A DNA stretch of 63,966 bases, filler included. It is 6 parts of 6 records of this genome, joined end to end, with 100 filler letters (N's around TTAATTAATTAA, not from the genome) between each part and the next. Parts side by side here need not be neighbours in the genome. Positions count along the whole stretch, not along the records: positions 9,127 to 28,955 come from SRR2962707_1501; 5 more parts are not named here. One strand, given 5' to 3'. Within the stretch, counting starts at the first letter, position 1. Every line of letters starts with the position of its first letter. The notes beneath the pieces were generated by a model. It saw only the letters and a list, made by a program, of their open reading frames with translations, searched no databases and was not told the origin of the DNA. Of the stretch, positions 9,153-18,282 are shown piece by piece. A program made the position numbers and the translations under genes.

Positions 9153-9986
9153 CTAGTACTTCAGCTTGGAAACGCTTCGTAATTCATCTGACGTTGCAAC
9201 GGGAAAACCGAAAAATTCGAGATAGGCCGGGATTTGCTCGAACAACATGTCGGAGCCGATTTGCGTCACGCAACCGCGCCCTCTTGCGGCGGCCAGAAAC
9301 GGCGTTTCAGCCTGCTTCATCACAACCTCGCCAACAAAGGCCTGCGGATCGATGCGGCTGACGTCAACCGGCATCGGGTCGCCCGCATTCATGCCCAGCG
9401 GGGTGGCATTGACCACGATATCCCACCCGGCAGGATCGTTGGATCCGGTCTCAATGCCAATTTCAGAGCAATGGCGCTTGAGCCTTTCGGCGAGCTGCTC
9501 GGCAACGCTTGAACGGCTGTCATAAAGCCCAATCCCGGCAAGACCTGCCTGGGCAAGGGCGGCGGCGATGCCCGAGCCGACCCCGCCCGAGCCGACAACG
9601 AGCGCCCGGCGGCCCGCCGCACTGCACCCCTTGCGCAGCATTCCACGGACAAAGCCTTCCCCGTCAAACATATCGCCGACAAGCCGGCCTCTAGCGTCAC
9701 GCTTGACCGCATTGCAGGAACCGGCGATCCGCACGGCCGGACTAGCCTCGTCGAGCAGATCAACCGTCGTCACCTTGTGCGGCATTGTCACCAATGCCCC
9801 GGAAATATTGCGGAGCTTGAAGAGGAGCGGCAGAAACGCCGGATAATCCTCGATTTCGCATCCCATCGGCACGACCCGGGCATCGATGCCCTTGGATTCG
9901 AACCACGGATTGTAGATCAGCGGCGCGCGAAAGGATTCCGTGGGAACGCCCAGATGGGCGATCAGACTGGTTGTACCTGATATCAT
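9153..9986 (-). CDS. Shikimate/quinate dehydrogenase family protein
   Basis: MISGTT start, VTMPHK, NAV...G.MFDGEG, GSGGVG, VNATPLG. Confidence 0.9.
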   Translation of the reverse strand: MISGTTSLIAHLGVPTESFRAPLIYNPWFESKGIDARVVPMGCEIEDYPAFLPLLFKLRNISGALVTMPHKVTTVDLLDEASPAVRIAGSCNAVKRDARGRLVGDMFDGEGFVRGMLRKGCSAAGRRALVVGSGGVGSGIAAALAQAGLAGIGLYDSRSSVAEQLAERLKRHCSEIGIETGSNDPAGWDIVVNATPLGMNAGDPMPVDVSRIDPQAFVGEVVMKQAETPFLAAARGRGCVTQIGSDMLFEQIPAYLEFFGFPVATSDELRSVSKLKY

Positions 9987-10046
9987 GTCATTGCCACCGG
10001 TTTGCCGCTGTTGCGGCGTTTGACGCATCACTCTGAAATTGCCTGG

Positions 10047-11081
10047 TCAAAGCGCCACCGCCTGCCCTGAAAGCGCAGATCTTTGCACCGCATCTATGAC
10101 CTCAAGCGTTCGCAGCCCTTCCAGTGCCGACACCAATGGCGCCTCTTCGCCACGAATGACACGAACGAACTGCCTGATCTGGCGCACCAGCGGGTCCTCA
10201 TGGCTGACAGGAAAATGGGTCGCGGAGATCGGCTCCCACCAGCTTCTCTGATCCGGATTGGTCCACAGCCGCGCATTGGGCAGCTCGATAGAACCATGGG
10301 TACCGCCAATGAAGTAGCAGGATTGGCCGGTCGCCGGATAAGCCGGGTTTTCAGATGCCGTGAGCTCCCAGCTCCAGGGCGCAACGATGGTGTCGGACAG
10401 GCTGAACGTGCCGAGCACACCATTGTCAAACCGGAAAACAAGCGCTGCGGTTTCCTCGACGGCATTGCCGCGCACCGCATTGGAGGTCAAAGCCTGGACC
10501 GACACGATCTCGCCGATCAGGTGACGCAAGAGATCGATGTCGTGAATAAGGTTGAGAAAGACCGGACCGCCGCCGGGCTGGCGCCGCCAGTCAGTGTCGA
10601 AATAGCTCTCAGGCTTCATCAGCCAAAACATGCCGTGCACCGCAACCAGCGTTCCCAGAAGGCCATCAACAATCTGCTTCTTGGCCGAGGCGATCAGCGG
10701 GTTGTGACGGCGGTGATGCCCGACGAGCAGCAGCACGCCTGCCTTCTCGCCCGCAGCAACAAGATCTCGACCGGCTTGCAGATCAGTCGCCAGCGGCTTC
10801 TCGACAAGTGCCGGCACACCGGCGGCGACACACGCGAGACCGTTTTCAACATGGAGCTGATTTGGCGTCGCCAGAATGACCCCGTCAGGTTTGCCCGCCT
10901 CAAACGCAGCCGCCAGAGACGGATACCAGCTGGCGCCGATCTGGCTTGCATGGCTGCGACCAGCCTCCGAGGGATCAATTATCGCGTGCAACTCTACAGC
11001 TTCGGCAGCTGCGATCGCTTCAATGTGGCGTTTGCCAATCAGCCCGGCGCCGGCCACCGCAATTCTGGCAGGGCCGCTCAT
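10047..11081 (-). CDS. Gfo/Idh/MocA-family oxidoreductase
   Basis: RIAVAGAGLIG, LVEKP, GHHRRHNP, NLIHDID; start taken at MSGPAR (11081). Confidence 0.92.
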   Translation of the reverse strand: MSGPARIAVAGAGLIGKRHIEAIAAAEAVELHAIIDPSEAGRSHASQIGASWYPSLAAAFEAGKPDGVILATPNQLHVENGLACVAAGVPALVEKPLATDLQAGRDLVAAGEKAGVLLLVGHHRRHNPLIASAKKQIVDGLLGTLVAVHGMFWLMKPESYFDTDWRRQPGGGPVFLNLIHDIDLLRHLIGEIVSVQALTSNAVRGNAVEETAALVFRFDNGVLGTFSLSDTIVAPWSWELTASENPAYPATGQSCYFIGGTHGSIELPNARLWTNPDQRSWWEPISATHFPVSHEDPLVRQIRQFVRVIRGEEAPLVSALEGLRTLEVIDAVQRSALSGQAVAL

Positions 11082-11318
11082 CGCCGCGCCCCAGTCCGGC
11101 AGACTGTAGAATCGACAGGCCCCAAGGTGGCTGCGTGCAAGTCGGTCCCGTTTTGACCCGAAGGGCGGGTGCGATGGATCACGATTTTTATCCCGGTGCA
11201 GAAAGAAATAGCTGAACTCCAGACAGGTTCCCATTGCCCCTGATGGCAAATTGCCTATATTATTTCTTATGTCCTACATTATCTCTTCCAGTCAAGATGA
11301 ACACCCGGAGGTGACAGC

Positions 11319-11999
11319 GTGATTGAAGCAGCAGATCACGACACGGTCGGTGACAGCGCCTATCGCCACATCAGGGACGACATCATATTCGGCCAGTTGC
11401 GCCCCAGCGAGAAATTGCGCCTGGAACCCTTGCGCAAGCGCTACAATGTCAGCGTGACCACGCTTCGCGAAATCCTCAACCGGCTGACATCCGACGGCTT
11501 GGTGGTTGCTGAAGGGCAAAAGGGCTTCGAAGTGGCCAGCGTGTCTGACGCCAACCTTTGGGAGGTGGCGGAACTGCGGCTGCTGGTTGAAGGTCATGCG
11601 GTGTCCCGCTCGTTTGCCAGCGGAGACCTTGACTGGGAATCGCAAGTGGTCGCCGCCCACCACAAACTGCATCGTCTCGAAGACCGGATGATCTCCGGCG
11701 ACATGACGGCACGGGAAGGCTGGAAGCGCGCCGACTGGGGATTTCACCGGGCGCTCATCACCGGATGCGGCTCGAAGACCCTGATGGACCTGCATGGTCA
11801 ACTGTTCGATAAATATCTGCGCTACCAGATACTTACGCTTGCCTTCAGGGGGCAGCCGGGCGCCGACGAACATGCCGAATTGCTGGAAGCTGCATTCGCG
11901 CGGAATACCAAGCGCGCCAAGGAGATCCTCAGCGTCCACATTCTGGGTGGCGTTGAATTCATCATCAATGCCCGAAAGTCGGCGGTGGCTGAACAGTAG
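11319..11999 (+). CDS. GntR-family (FCD) transcriptional regulator
   Basis: AYRHIRDDIIFGQLRPSEKL...VSVTTLREILNRL...QKGFEV HTH; FCD motif ADWGFHRAL. Confidence 0.92.
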   Translation: MIEAADHDTVGDSAYRHIRDDIIFGQLRPSEKLRLEPLRKRYNVSVTTLREILNRLTSDGLVVAEGQKGFEVASVSDANLWEVAELRLLVEGHAVSRSFASGDLDWESQVVAAHHKLHRLEDRMISGDMTAREGWKRADWGFHRALITGCGSKTLMDLHGQLFDKYLRYQILTLAFRGQPGADEHAELLEAAFARNTKRAKEILSVHILGGVEFIINARKSAVAEQ

Positions 12000-12022
12000 G
12001 GTGCAGGAATTTTTCAAAACAC

Positions 12023-12044
12023 CCTACAAAATCGATAATGTAGG
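12023..12044. promoter_or_regulatory. Putative GntR operator CCTACAAAATCGATAATGTAGG
   Basis: Imperfect palindrome upstream of the TRAP operon. An exact 11-bp half-site, CCTACATTATC, recurs at 11273-11283 upstream of gntR. Confidence 0.6.
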
Positions 12045-12128
12045 TTGAAAACACCTGTTCTTTGTGACAGGTTTCGCAAAATACGACAGGGCCGGAAGCC
12101 ACCGGATTGTCATTGGGAGGAGAATATC

Positions 12129-13133
12129 ATGAATAGCATTACCCGTCGCATGCTGCTGGCATGTGCAGTTTCCGTCGGCGTTGCCGGCTTCGTGCCTGCA
12201 AGCCTTGCAGCCGACAAGATCACGCTTCGCATGTCGACACCGGCATCGGAAACCGACCAGCGCTCGGTTGCGCTTGCGGAAGTGTTTGCTCCGGAAGTGG
12301 CCGATTTCGCCACCTATGAGCCACATTACAACGGATCGCTGATCGCACAGGGCAGCGAACTCGAATCCATCGCCTCGGGCGACCTTGAAATGTCGATCGC
12401 ATCGGCTCAGGAACTGGCGACGTTTTTCCCCGAGTTCTCGATCTTCGCGACCGGCTACGTTCACCAGAACGCCGCCCATCAGGTTGCCGTTTTCAACGAT
12501 GCGCTGATGGATCCCTTCAAGAAGAAGGTCGAAGACGAACTTGGCGTGAAGCTTCTCTCGGTCATGTATCTGGGCCGCCGCAACGTCAATCTGCGCCAGA
12601 GCAAGGAAGAGCTGACGGTCATGAAGCCGGAAGATCTGGCCGGCGTCAATCTGCGCATGCCCGGCTCGGACGCCTGGCAGTTCCTCGGCAAAGCGCTGGG
12701 CGCCAACCCGACCCCGATGTCGTTCACCGAGATCTACACCGCACTTTCGACCGGTTCGGTTGACGGTCAGGACAACCCGCTTCCGACCGTGGTTGATGCC
12801 AAGTTCTACGAAGTCACCAAGCAGGTCGTGCTGACCTCGCATCTGGTGGACCTTAACTACGTGGCCTTCTCCAAGGCTGTCTGGGACAAGTTGACACCTG
12901 AGCAGCAGGCGACAGTGCAGAAGGCTGCCGACGATGCTGCCGAAAGCGGCCGTCAGGCGCAGCTGAAGAAGGAAGATGACCTGGTCTCGTTCCTGCGCGA
13001 AAAGGGCATGGACATCTATGAGCCGGACCTCAACGCCTTCCGCACCCACGTTCAGGCGCAGTATGTCGGCTCGGAATTCGCCAAGAGCTGGCCCGAAGGC
13101 GTCCTCGAAAAGATCAACGCCCTGGGCAACTGA
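12129..13133 (+). CDS. dctP: TRAP transporter solute-binding protein DctP
   Basis: Signal peptide, LRMPG, EIYTALSTGSVDGQDNP; GGAGG RBS upstream. Confidence 0.93.
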   Translation: MNSITRRMLLACAVSVGVAGFVPASLAADKITLRMSTPASETDQRSVALAEVFAPEVADFATYEPHYNGSLIAQGSELESIASGDLEMSIASAQELATFFPEFSIFATGYVHQNAAHQVAVFNDALMDPFKKKVEDELGVKLLSVMYLGRRNVNLRQSKEELTVMKPEDLAGVNLRMPGSDAWQFLGKALGANPTPMSFTEIYTALSTGSVDGQDNPLPTVVDAKFYEVTKQVVLTSHLVDLNYVAFSKAVWDKLTPEQQATVQKAADDAAESGRQAQLKKEDDLVSFLREKGMDIYEPDLNAFRTHVQAQYVGSEFAKSWPEGVLEKINALGN

Positions 13134-13169
13134 TCTCCTGAACCCTGTTGAAGCTGCGGTGGGCCTGAC

Positions 13170-13733
13170 ATGAAGACATTCGTCAAATGGTTCCGCCGTG
13201 GCACCGAATTTGTGGCGGCCATGATGATGGCCGCCATGTTCTTGACCTTCATCCTGCAGATCGGCATCCGCTATTCGGCGAAGCTCGAATGGCTGGGCAA
13301 GACCTTCCCGTTCCTGGAGCCGAGCCAGTATGGCTGGACTCTCGAATTCTGCCTGGCGCTGTGGGTCTGGATCGTGTTCTGGGGCGCAGCCTTCGTCGTG
13401 CGCGAACGCGATCATGTCACCTTCGACATCATCTATGGCCATGTCAGCCCGAAAACCCGCCGCTGGTTCGCGATCATCGGCGGAACTGCGGTCTGCGCCG
13501 GACTTTTGTGGTCGGTCGAGCCGACCTGGTCCAAATTCTACATCCTGCGTCTGAAGAAGACGGCGACGCTGAGCCATTTGATTGGCGACTGGGTCCGGAT
13601 GCGCGATATCTATTCGGTCTACATGCTGTTTCTGGTGGTTGTCGCCGCACGCTATGGCTGGCGCGCGATCAGCGCATTCCGCCATGGCGCCGACATCGAC
13701 CAGCCCGGGCATGACGGAGCAGCACAACAATGA
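13170..13733 (+). CDS. dctQ: TRAP transporter small permease DctQ
   Basis: 4 TM segments; WIVFWGAAFVVRERDHVTFD. Confidence 0.9.
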   Translation: MKTFVKWFRRGTEFVAAMMMAAMFLTFILQIGIRYSAKLEWLGKTFPFLEPSQYGWTLEFCLALWVWIVFWGAAFVVRERDHVTFDIIYGHVSPKTRRWFAIIGGTAVCAGLLWSVEPTWSKFYILRLKKTATLSHLIGDWVRMRDIYSVYMLFLVVVAARYGWRAISAFRHGADIDQPGHDGAAQQ

Positions 13734-15025
13734 CACTCGAATTCGCGGCGTGCCTGCTCACCCTGTTCTTTCTGGCCGGCATCGGCTTGCCGGTTGCCTA
13801 TTCGATCCTGATTGCAGCCTTTGTCTATCTTGGTGTCAACGGTCAGGGCGTCGGCATTGCCGGCAAGGTGCTGATGGACGGGCTCTACCAGAGCTTCATC
13901 CTGCTCGCCGTGCCGCTGTTCATCGTCGCCGCCAACATCATGAATGCCGGCACGATCTCCGAACGGCTGCTGCAATTCTGCGTGGCGGCTGTGGGCCGGT
14001 TCCGCGGCGGGCTCGGCCACGTCAACATCGTAGCCTCGCTGATCTTTTCCGGCATGTCGGGCTCTGCGGTCGCAGACGCTGCCGGGATCGGCAAGATCAT
14101 CATCGGCATGATGACCAAGAGCGGGCACTACACCCGCGGCTATGCGGCGGCGATCACCGCAGCCTCGGCAACGATCGGACCGATCATCCCGCCATCGATC
14201 CCGATGGTGCTCTATGCGCTGGTGTCCAACACCTCGATCGGCTTTCTGTTTCTGGGCGGCATCGTTCCGGGGCTGTTCATGGGCGCGGTACTGATGGTGA
14301 TGAACACCATCATTTCGACGCGACGGAACTTCGCCGTCGAGGAGCCTGTTCCGCTCAGGGATCTGCCGCGGCATACTGCCAACGCATTCCCGGCGCTGCT
14401 GATGCCGGCCATCCTGCTCTATGGAATTTACGGAGGCGTCACCACGCCGACCGAGGCAGCGGCAGTGGCCGCGGCCTATGCGCTGCTGCTGGCAGGCCTG
14501 TTCTACCGCGCGCTGTCGTTCCGCGCGCTCTACGGCATACTGGTGGAAAGCGCGCGGTCGTCAGCCGCCGTCGGGCTGGTGATCGGCGGCGCGCTGATCC
14601 TCAATTACGTTGTGGCGTCGGAGAACATCCCGAACATCGTGGCGCAGTCTCTGGTTGGTCTTGATGTCTCGCCGCTGGCCTTCCTGATCGGCGTCAATGT
14701 GCTGTTCCTGCTGCTCGGCTGCGTGCTTGATGCGACGACAATCATTCTTGTCATCATTCCGCTGTTCCTGCCGACCTGCCGCGAGCTGGGCATCGACCTG
14801 GTGCATTTCGGCGTTGTCGCCGTGGTTAATTGCATGATCGGGCTGATCACGCCGCCCTACGGCATCCTGCTGTTTGTCATCAACGCGGTGACGCAGATCC
14901 CGCTGCGCGAGATCATCGGCGAAATCTGGGCCTTCCTCGGCGTTCTCGTGCTGGCGCTGGCATGCCTGATCCTGTTCCCCGGAATCGTGCTATGGCTGCC
15001 ACGTGTCTTCGGATATCCGGGATAA
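13730..15025 (+). CDS. dctM: TRAP transporter large permease DctM
   Basis: SGMSGSAVADAA, IGPIIPPSIP, TPTEAA, GLITPPYG. Confidence 0.95.
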   Translation: MTLEFAACLLTLFFLAGIGLPVAYSILIAAFVYLGVNGQGVGIAGKVLMDGLYQSFILLAVPLFIVAANIMNAGTISERLLQFCVAAVGRFRGGLGHVNIVASLIFSGMSGSAVADAAGIGKIIIGMMTKSGHYTRGYAAAITAASATIGPIIPPSIPMVLYALVSNTSIGFLFLGGIVPGLFMGAVLMVMNTIISTRRNFAVEEPVPLRDLPRHTANAFPALLMPAILLYGIYGGVTTPTEAAAVAAAYALLLAGLFYRALSFRALYGILVESARSSAAVGLVIGGALILNYVVASENIPNIVAQSLVGLDVSPLAFLIGVNVLFLLLGCVLDATTIILVIIPLFLPTCRELGIDLVHFGVVAVVNCMIGLITPPYGILLFVINAVTQIPLREIIGEIWAFLGVLVLALACLILFPGIVLWLPRVFGYPG

Positions 15026-15125
15026 GCCGGACGGACGCAGATCGAACGCCGGAGGAGAATGCAGCCAGACCGTCAGACAAAGGCGGCCGAAGCTGATTGC
15101 AGAGTGGACATCAACGGAGGAAACG

Positions 15126-16121
15126 ATGTTTAGGAAGATTTTTACCACCACAGCCCTGGTCGCCATGATGACCGGCGCCTCATTCGCAGCCGATTTTCCC
15201 GAACGGGAATTGTTGGGCGTCGTGATGTGGGGCGCGGGAGGTGCCACCGACACCGTCGCCCGTGCCGCCAACCCGGCAGCAGAAGAGGCGCTTGGCAAAT
15301 CCATCGTCGTGCTGAACAAGTCCGGCGGCGCAGGCGCCATCTCGACGGCCTATGTCAACGCAGCCCCCTCGGACGGCTACACATTCCTGTACGGCGCGGA
15401 AAACCCGCAGCTGCACCCGATCATGGGTGTAAGCAAGCTCGATTATTCCTCGTTCTACCCGGTCAACATCCTGGGTCGTGGCGTTGCGGTGATCGTGGTG
15501 CCCGCCGGTTCCAAATACCAGACCATGGCCGAGCTGATGGACGACATTGCGGCCAATCCGGGTCAGGTGAAAATGGGCTCGACCGGACCAGGCGGTCTGC
15601 CGAGCACCATCGGCGCGCTGATCAAGAACTCGGCCGATTTTGATGTCACTGCCATCCCGTTTGACGGTGAAGGCCCCGGCCTGACCGCGATGCTGGGCAA
15701 TGAGGTCGATTTCATGCCGTCGGGCATTTCGGCAGCGGCCGAGCAGATCAAGGCCGGCAACATGCGCGCGCTTGCCGTGGTCAATGGAACGTCCGTCGAT
15801 ACACTGCCGGAGGTTCCGCCAATCACCGAGGCCCTGCCCGGCATGGAGAAGTTCCTGCCCTGGGGTCCGTTCTACGGCGTCTTCGTCAAGAACGACGTTC
15901 CAGATGATGTGAAGGCAAGCCTGGTCTCTGCCTTCGATACGGCCGCCAAGAGCGAGGCGTTCACGACATTGATGGCCAACAAGGGCAACATCATCATGAA
16001 CATCTCCGGCGACGAAGCATCCAGCTTCGTCAAGAAATGGCAGCAGGTTACCGCCTGGGCGTTGCAGGACACGGGTGCCGCCAAGGTGAACCCTGAAGAA
16101 CTGGGCATCATGCGCCCCTGA
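15126..16121 (+). CDS. tctC: Tripartite tricarboxylate transporter substrate-binding protein (TctC/Bug)
   Basis: Signal peptide, GAGGATD..AR, VVLNKSGGAG, PSDGYT. Confidence 0.9.
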   Translation: MFRKIFTTTALVAMMTGASFAADFPERELLGVVMWGAGGATDTVARAANPAAEEALGKSIVVLNKSGGAGAISTAYVNAAPSDGYTFLYGAENPQLHPIMGVSKLDYSSFYPVNILGRGVAVIVVPAGSKYQTMAELMDDIAANPGQVKMGSTGPGGLPSTIGALIKNSADFDVTAIPFDGEGPGLTAMLGNEVDFMPSGISAAAEQIKAGNMRALAVVNGTSVDTLPEVPPITEALPGMEKFLPWGPFYGVFVKNDVPDDVKASLVSAFDTAAKSEAFTTLMANKGNIIMNISGDEASSFVKKWQQVTAWALQDTGAAKVNPEELGIMRP

Positions 16122-16132
16122 CTGACAGAATC

Positions 16133-16160
16133 CCCTGCCCCGGCCTGGTCCGGGGCAGGG
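16133..16160 (+). terminator. 11-bp GC-rich hairpin after the SBP gene (terminator or mRNA-stabilising)
   Basis: CCCTGCCCCGG-N6-CCGGGGCAGGG; no strong U-tract. Confidence 0.55.
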
Positions 16161-16208
16161 CTCCTTGACCTTCGTTTTAAGAGGGATCTTTCACTTCGGG
16201 AGGAATGA

Positions 16209-16736
16209 ATGTCCGGTCAGTCCACACGCCGGCCGGGAGAGCTGGCTTTCATCTGTCTTCTTGCGCTCTTCAGCGCCGCCGCCCTGTGGCAGGCTTACGA
16301 CATATCCGGGTTCACGGGTCTGTCGCAGCCGGGCGTCTTCCCCATGCTGGCAGCGGCCACCATGCTGCTGAGCTGCGTTTTCATCCTGCGCGACACGCTT
16401 CGCAGCAGCGCAAGCGCCCAACGCGCATCAGAACCCGAAACGGGGCCCGAACCAGAGACCTCATCAGGAATCGCGTTCTGGCATACGATCATGCCGGTGC
16501 GGCTCATGGTGATGCTGGCTATGGTCGCACTCTACCTTTATGCGATGCCGTGGCTGGGCTTTGTCATCACGTCGGGCCTGTTCCTGTTTGCAAGCTTTGC
16601 CTATCTGTGGCGCAAGAGCTTGCTGATTTCGCTCGTCCTTGCCGCGGGCAGCCTGGCCGCTGTCTATTTCCTGTTCAGGATCGTCTTCGAGGTCGTGCTG
16701 CCGCAAGGCACGCTGGTTCCTGCGGGAGTGTTCTAG
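16209..16736 (+). CDS. tctB: Tripartite tricarboxylate transporter small subunit TctB
   Basis: 4-5 TM segments, PGVFP, C-terminal FRIVFEVVLPQG. Confidence 0.88.
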   Translation: MSGQSTRRPGELAFICLLALFSAAALWQAYDISGFTGLSQPGVFPMLAAATMLLSCVFILRDTLRSSASAQRASEPETGPEPETSSGIAFWHTIMPVRLMVMLAMVALYLYAMPWLGFVITSGLFLFASFAYLWRKSLLISLVLAAGSLAAVYFLFRIVFEVVLPQGTLVPAGVF

Positions 16737-16737
16737 G

Positions 16738-18246
16738 ATGCTCGAGGCGTTTGCAAATTTCGGAATCTCATGGCTCGATCCATGGCTGTTGATGCTCACC
16801 GCTGCGGGCACACTGGCGGGCATTTATGTCGGCGCCATTCCCGGCCTTTCGGTAACGATGGCGACCTCGATCCTGATTTCCTTCACCTTCAAATGGCCGG
16901 TCAATGATGCCCTGGCGCTGATTGCCGGCGTCTATATGGGCGGGGTCTATGGCGGTTCGAGAACAGCTATCCTGCTCAACATCCCCGGGGCGCCAAGCGC
17001 CATCGCCACCGCGATCGAAGGCTACCCGATGGCCAAGCGCGGGGAGGCCGGAGAAGCCATTGGGCTGACCACCGTCATGTCGGTGTTTGGCGGCTTTGTC
17101 GGCATTGCGGCGCTGGCCATGTTCGCGCCGGTGATTTCCAGCTTCGCGCTGATGTTCAATTCCCGCGACTATCTGCTGCTCGGGCTGATCGGCATTCTGC
17201 TCGTGGGCACACTGTCGGGCGAGAGCTTTGCCAAGGGGGCTTTTGCCGGCGCGCTCGGGGTGCTGATCGGCATGGTCGGCCTCGATCCGATGACAGCCGA
17301 AGGCCGTTTCACATTCGGCTCTATCTCGCTGATGGGCGGCATTCCCTATGTCGCGGCGATGATCGGCTTTTTCGGCGTGGCGGAAGCGCTGGTGCAGCTT
17401 CAGACCCTGGACGTACCAGCGATCAAGCAGAAGATCGACCGGGTGATCCCGAAACTCTCCGACATCAAACGCTACTTCTGGCTGGCAATGCGGGCGTCCG
17501 GCATCGGCACGATCATCGGCGCATTGCCCGGCACCGGTGGCGACATTGCCGCCCTGCTTGCCTATGACGACGCGCGGCGCAGCGTGAAGGACCCCGAAGT
17601 GCCGTTTGGCGAGGGAGCCAAGGAAGGGCTGGTGGCGCCGGAAGCTGCCAACAACGCAGCCGTGGGTGGCGCCTTCATTCCGATGCTCACACTCGGCATT
17701 CCGGGCGATGCAGTCACTGCCGTGATCATCGGCGCGCTGTTCATTCATGGCCTCAAGCCGGGGCCGCTGATGCTGGTGGAAACACCTCATCTGTTCTGGT
17801 TCACCGTCGGCAATCTGGCGCTCGCCAATATCTTTCTGCTGATTTTCGGGCTGACCGGGATCCGGATCTTCACCAAGATCGTCGAGTGCCCGAAGGCGAT
17901 CCTGATCCCGTTGATCATCGTGCTTTCGGCGGTCGGCACCTACGCCATCGAAAACAACCCGGTGCACATCTACTGGATGCTGCTGTTCGGGGTTCTGGGC
18001 TATTTCCTCAAGACCTACGGGTTCCAGGTCGGGCCGATCATCCTCGGCGTCATTTTGGGCCCGATGATGGATTCCAACTACAGGCGCGCGATGATCGGGG
18101 CGCGGGGAGACATTGGAGAGTTCTTGTGGAACTTCGTGTCGCATCCGATCTCGCTGGTCCTGTCGATTGGCTTCGTGCTGATGATTGTTTCGCAGACGCC
18201 ACTCTGGCCGAGGCTCCGGCAGGCAATAGGGTTGCAACGATCATAA
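16738..18246 (+). CDS. tctA: Tripartite tricarboxylate transporter large permease TctA
   Basis: GAIPGLS, YGGS..AILLNIPG, APEAANNA, LTLGIPGD. Confidence 0.94.
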   Translation: MLEAFANFGISWLDPWLLMLTAAGTLAGIYVGAIPGLSVTMATSILISFTFKWPVNDALALIAGVYMGGVYGGSRTAILLNIPGAPSAIATAIEGYPMAKRGEAGEAIGLTTVMSVFGGFVGIAALAMFAPVISSFALMFNSRDYLLLGLIGILLVGTLSGESFAKGAFAGALGVLIGMVGLDPMTAEGRFTFGSISLMGGIPYVAAMIGFFGVAEALVQLQTLDVPAIKQKIDRVIPKLSDIKRYFWLAMRASGIGTIIGALPGTGGDIAALLAYDDARRSVKDPEVPFGEGAKEGLVAPEAANNAAVGGAFIPMLTLGIPGDAVTAVIIGALFIHGLKPGPLMLVETPHLFWFTVGNLALANIFLLIFGLTGIRIFTKIVECPKAILIPLIIVLSAVGTYAIENNPVHIYWMLLFGVLGYFLKTYGFQVGPIILGVILGPMMDSNYRRAMIGARGDIGEFLWNFVSHPISLVLSIGFVLMIVSQTPLWPRLRQAIGLQRS

Positions 18247-18282
18247 AGAGACCGGCGCTGCCGGGGACAGGATGACCGACAT

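Noticed and set aside
12024..13736. 570-aa minus-strand ORF (likewise 16768-18237, 54196-55281 and 10083-11156)
   Set aside because: Antisense shadows of well-supported genes in high-GC DNA, with no recognisable motifs.
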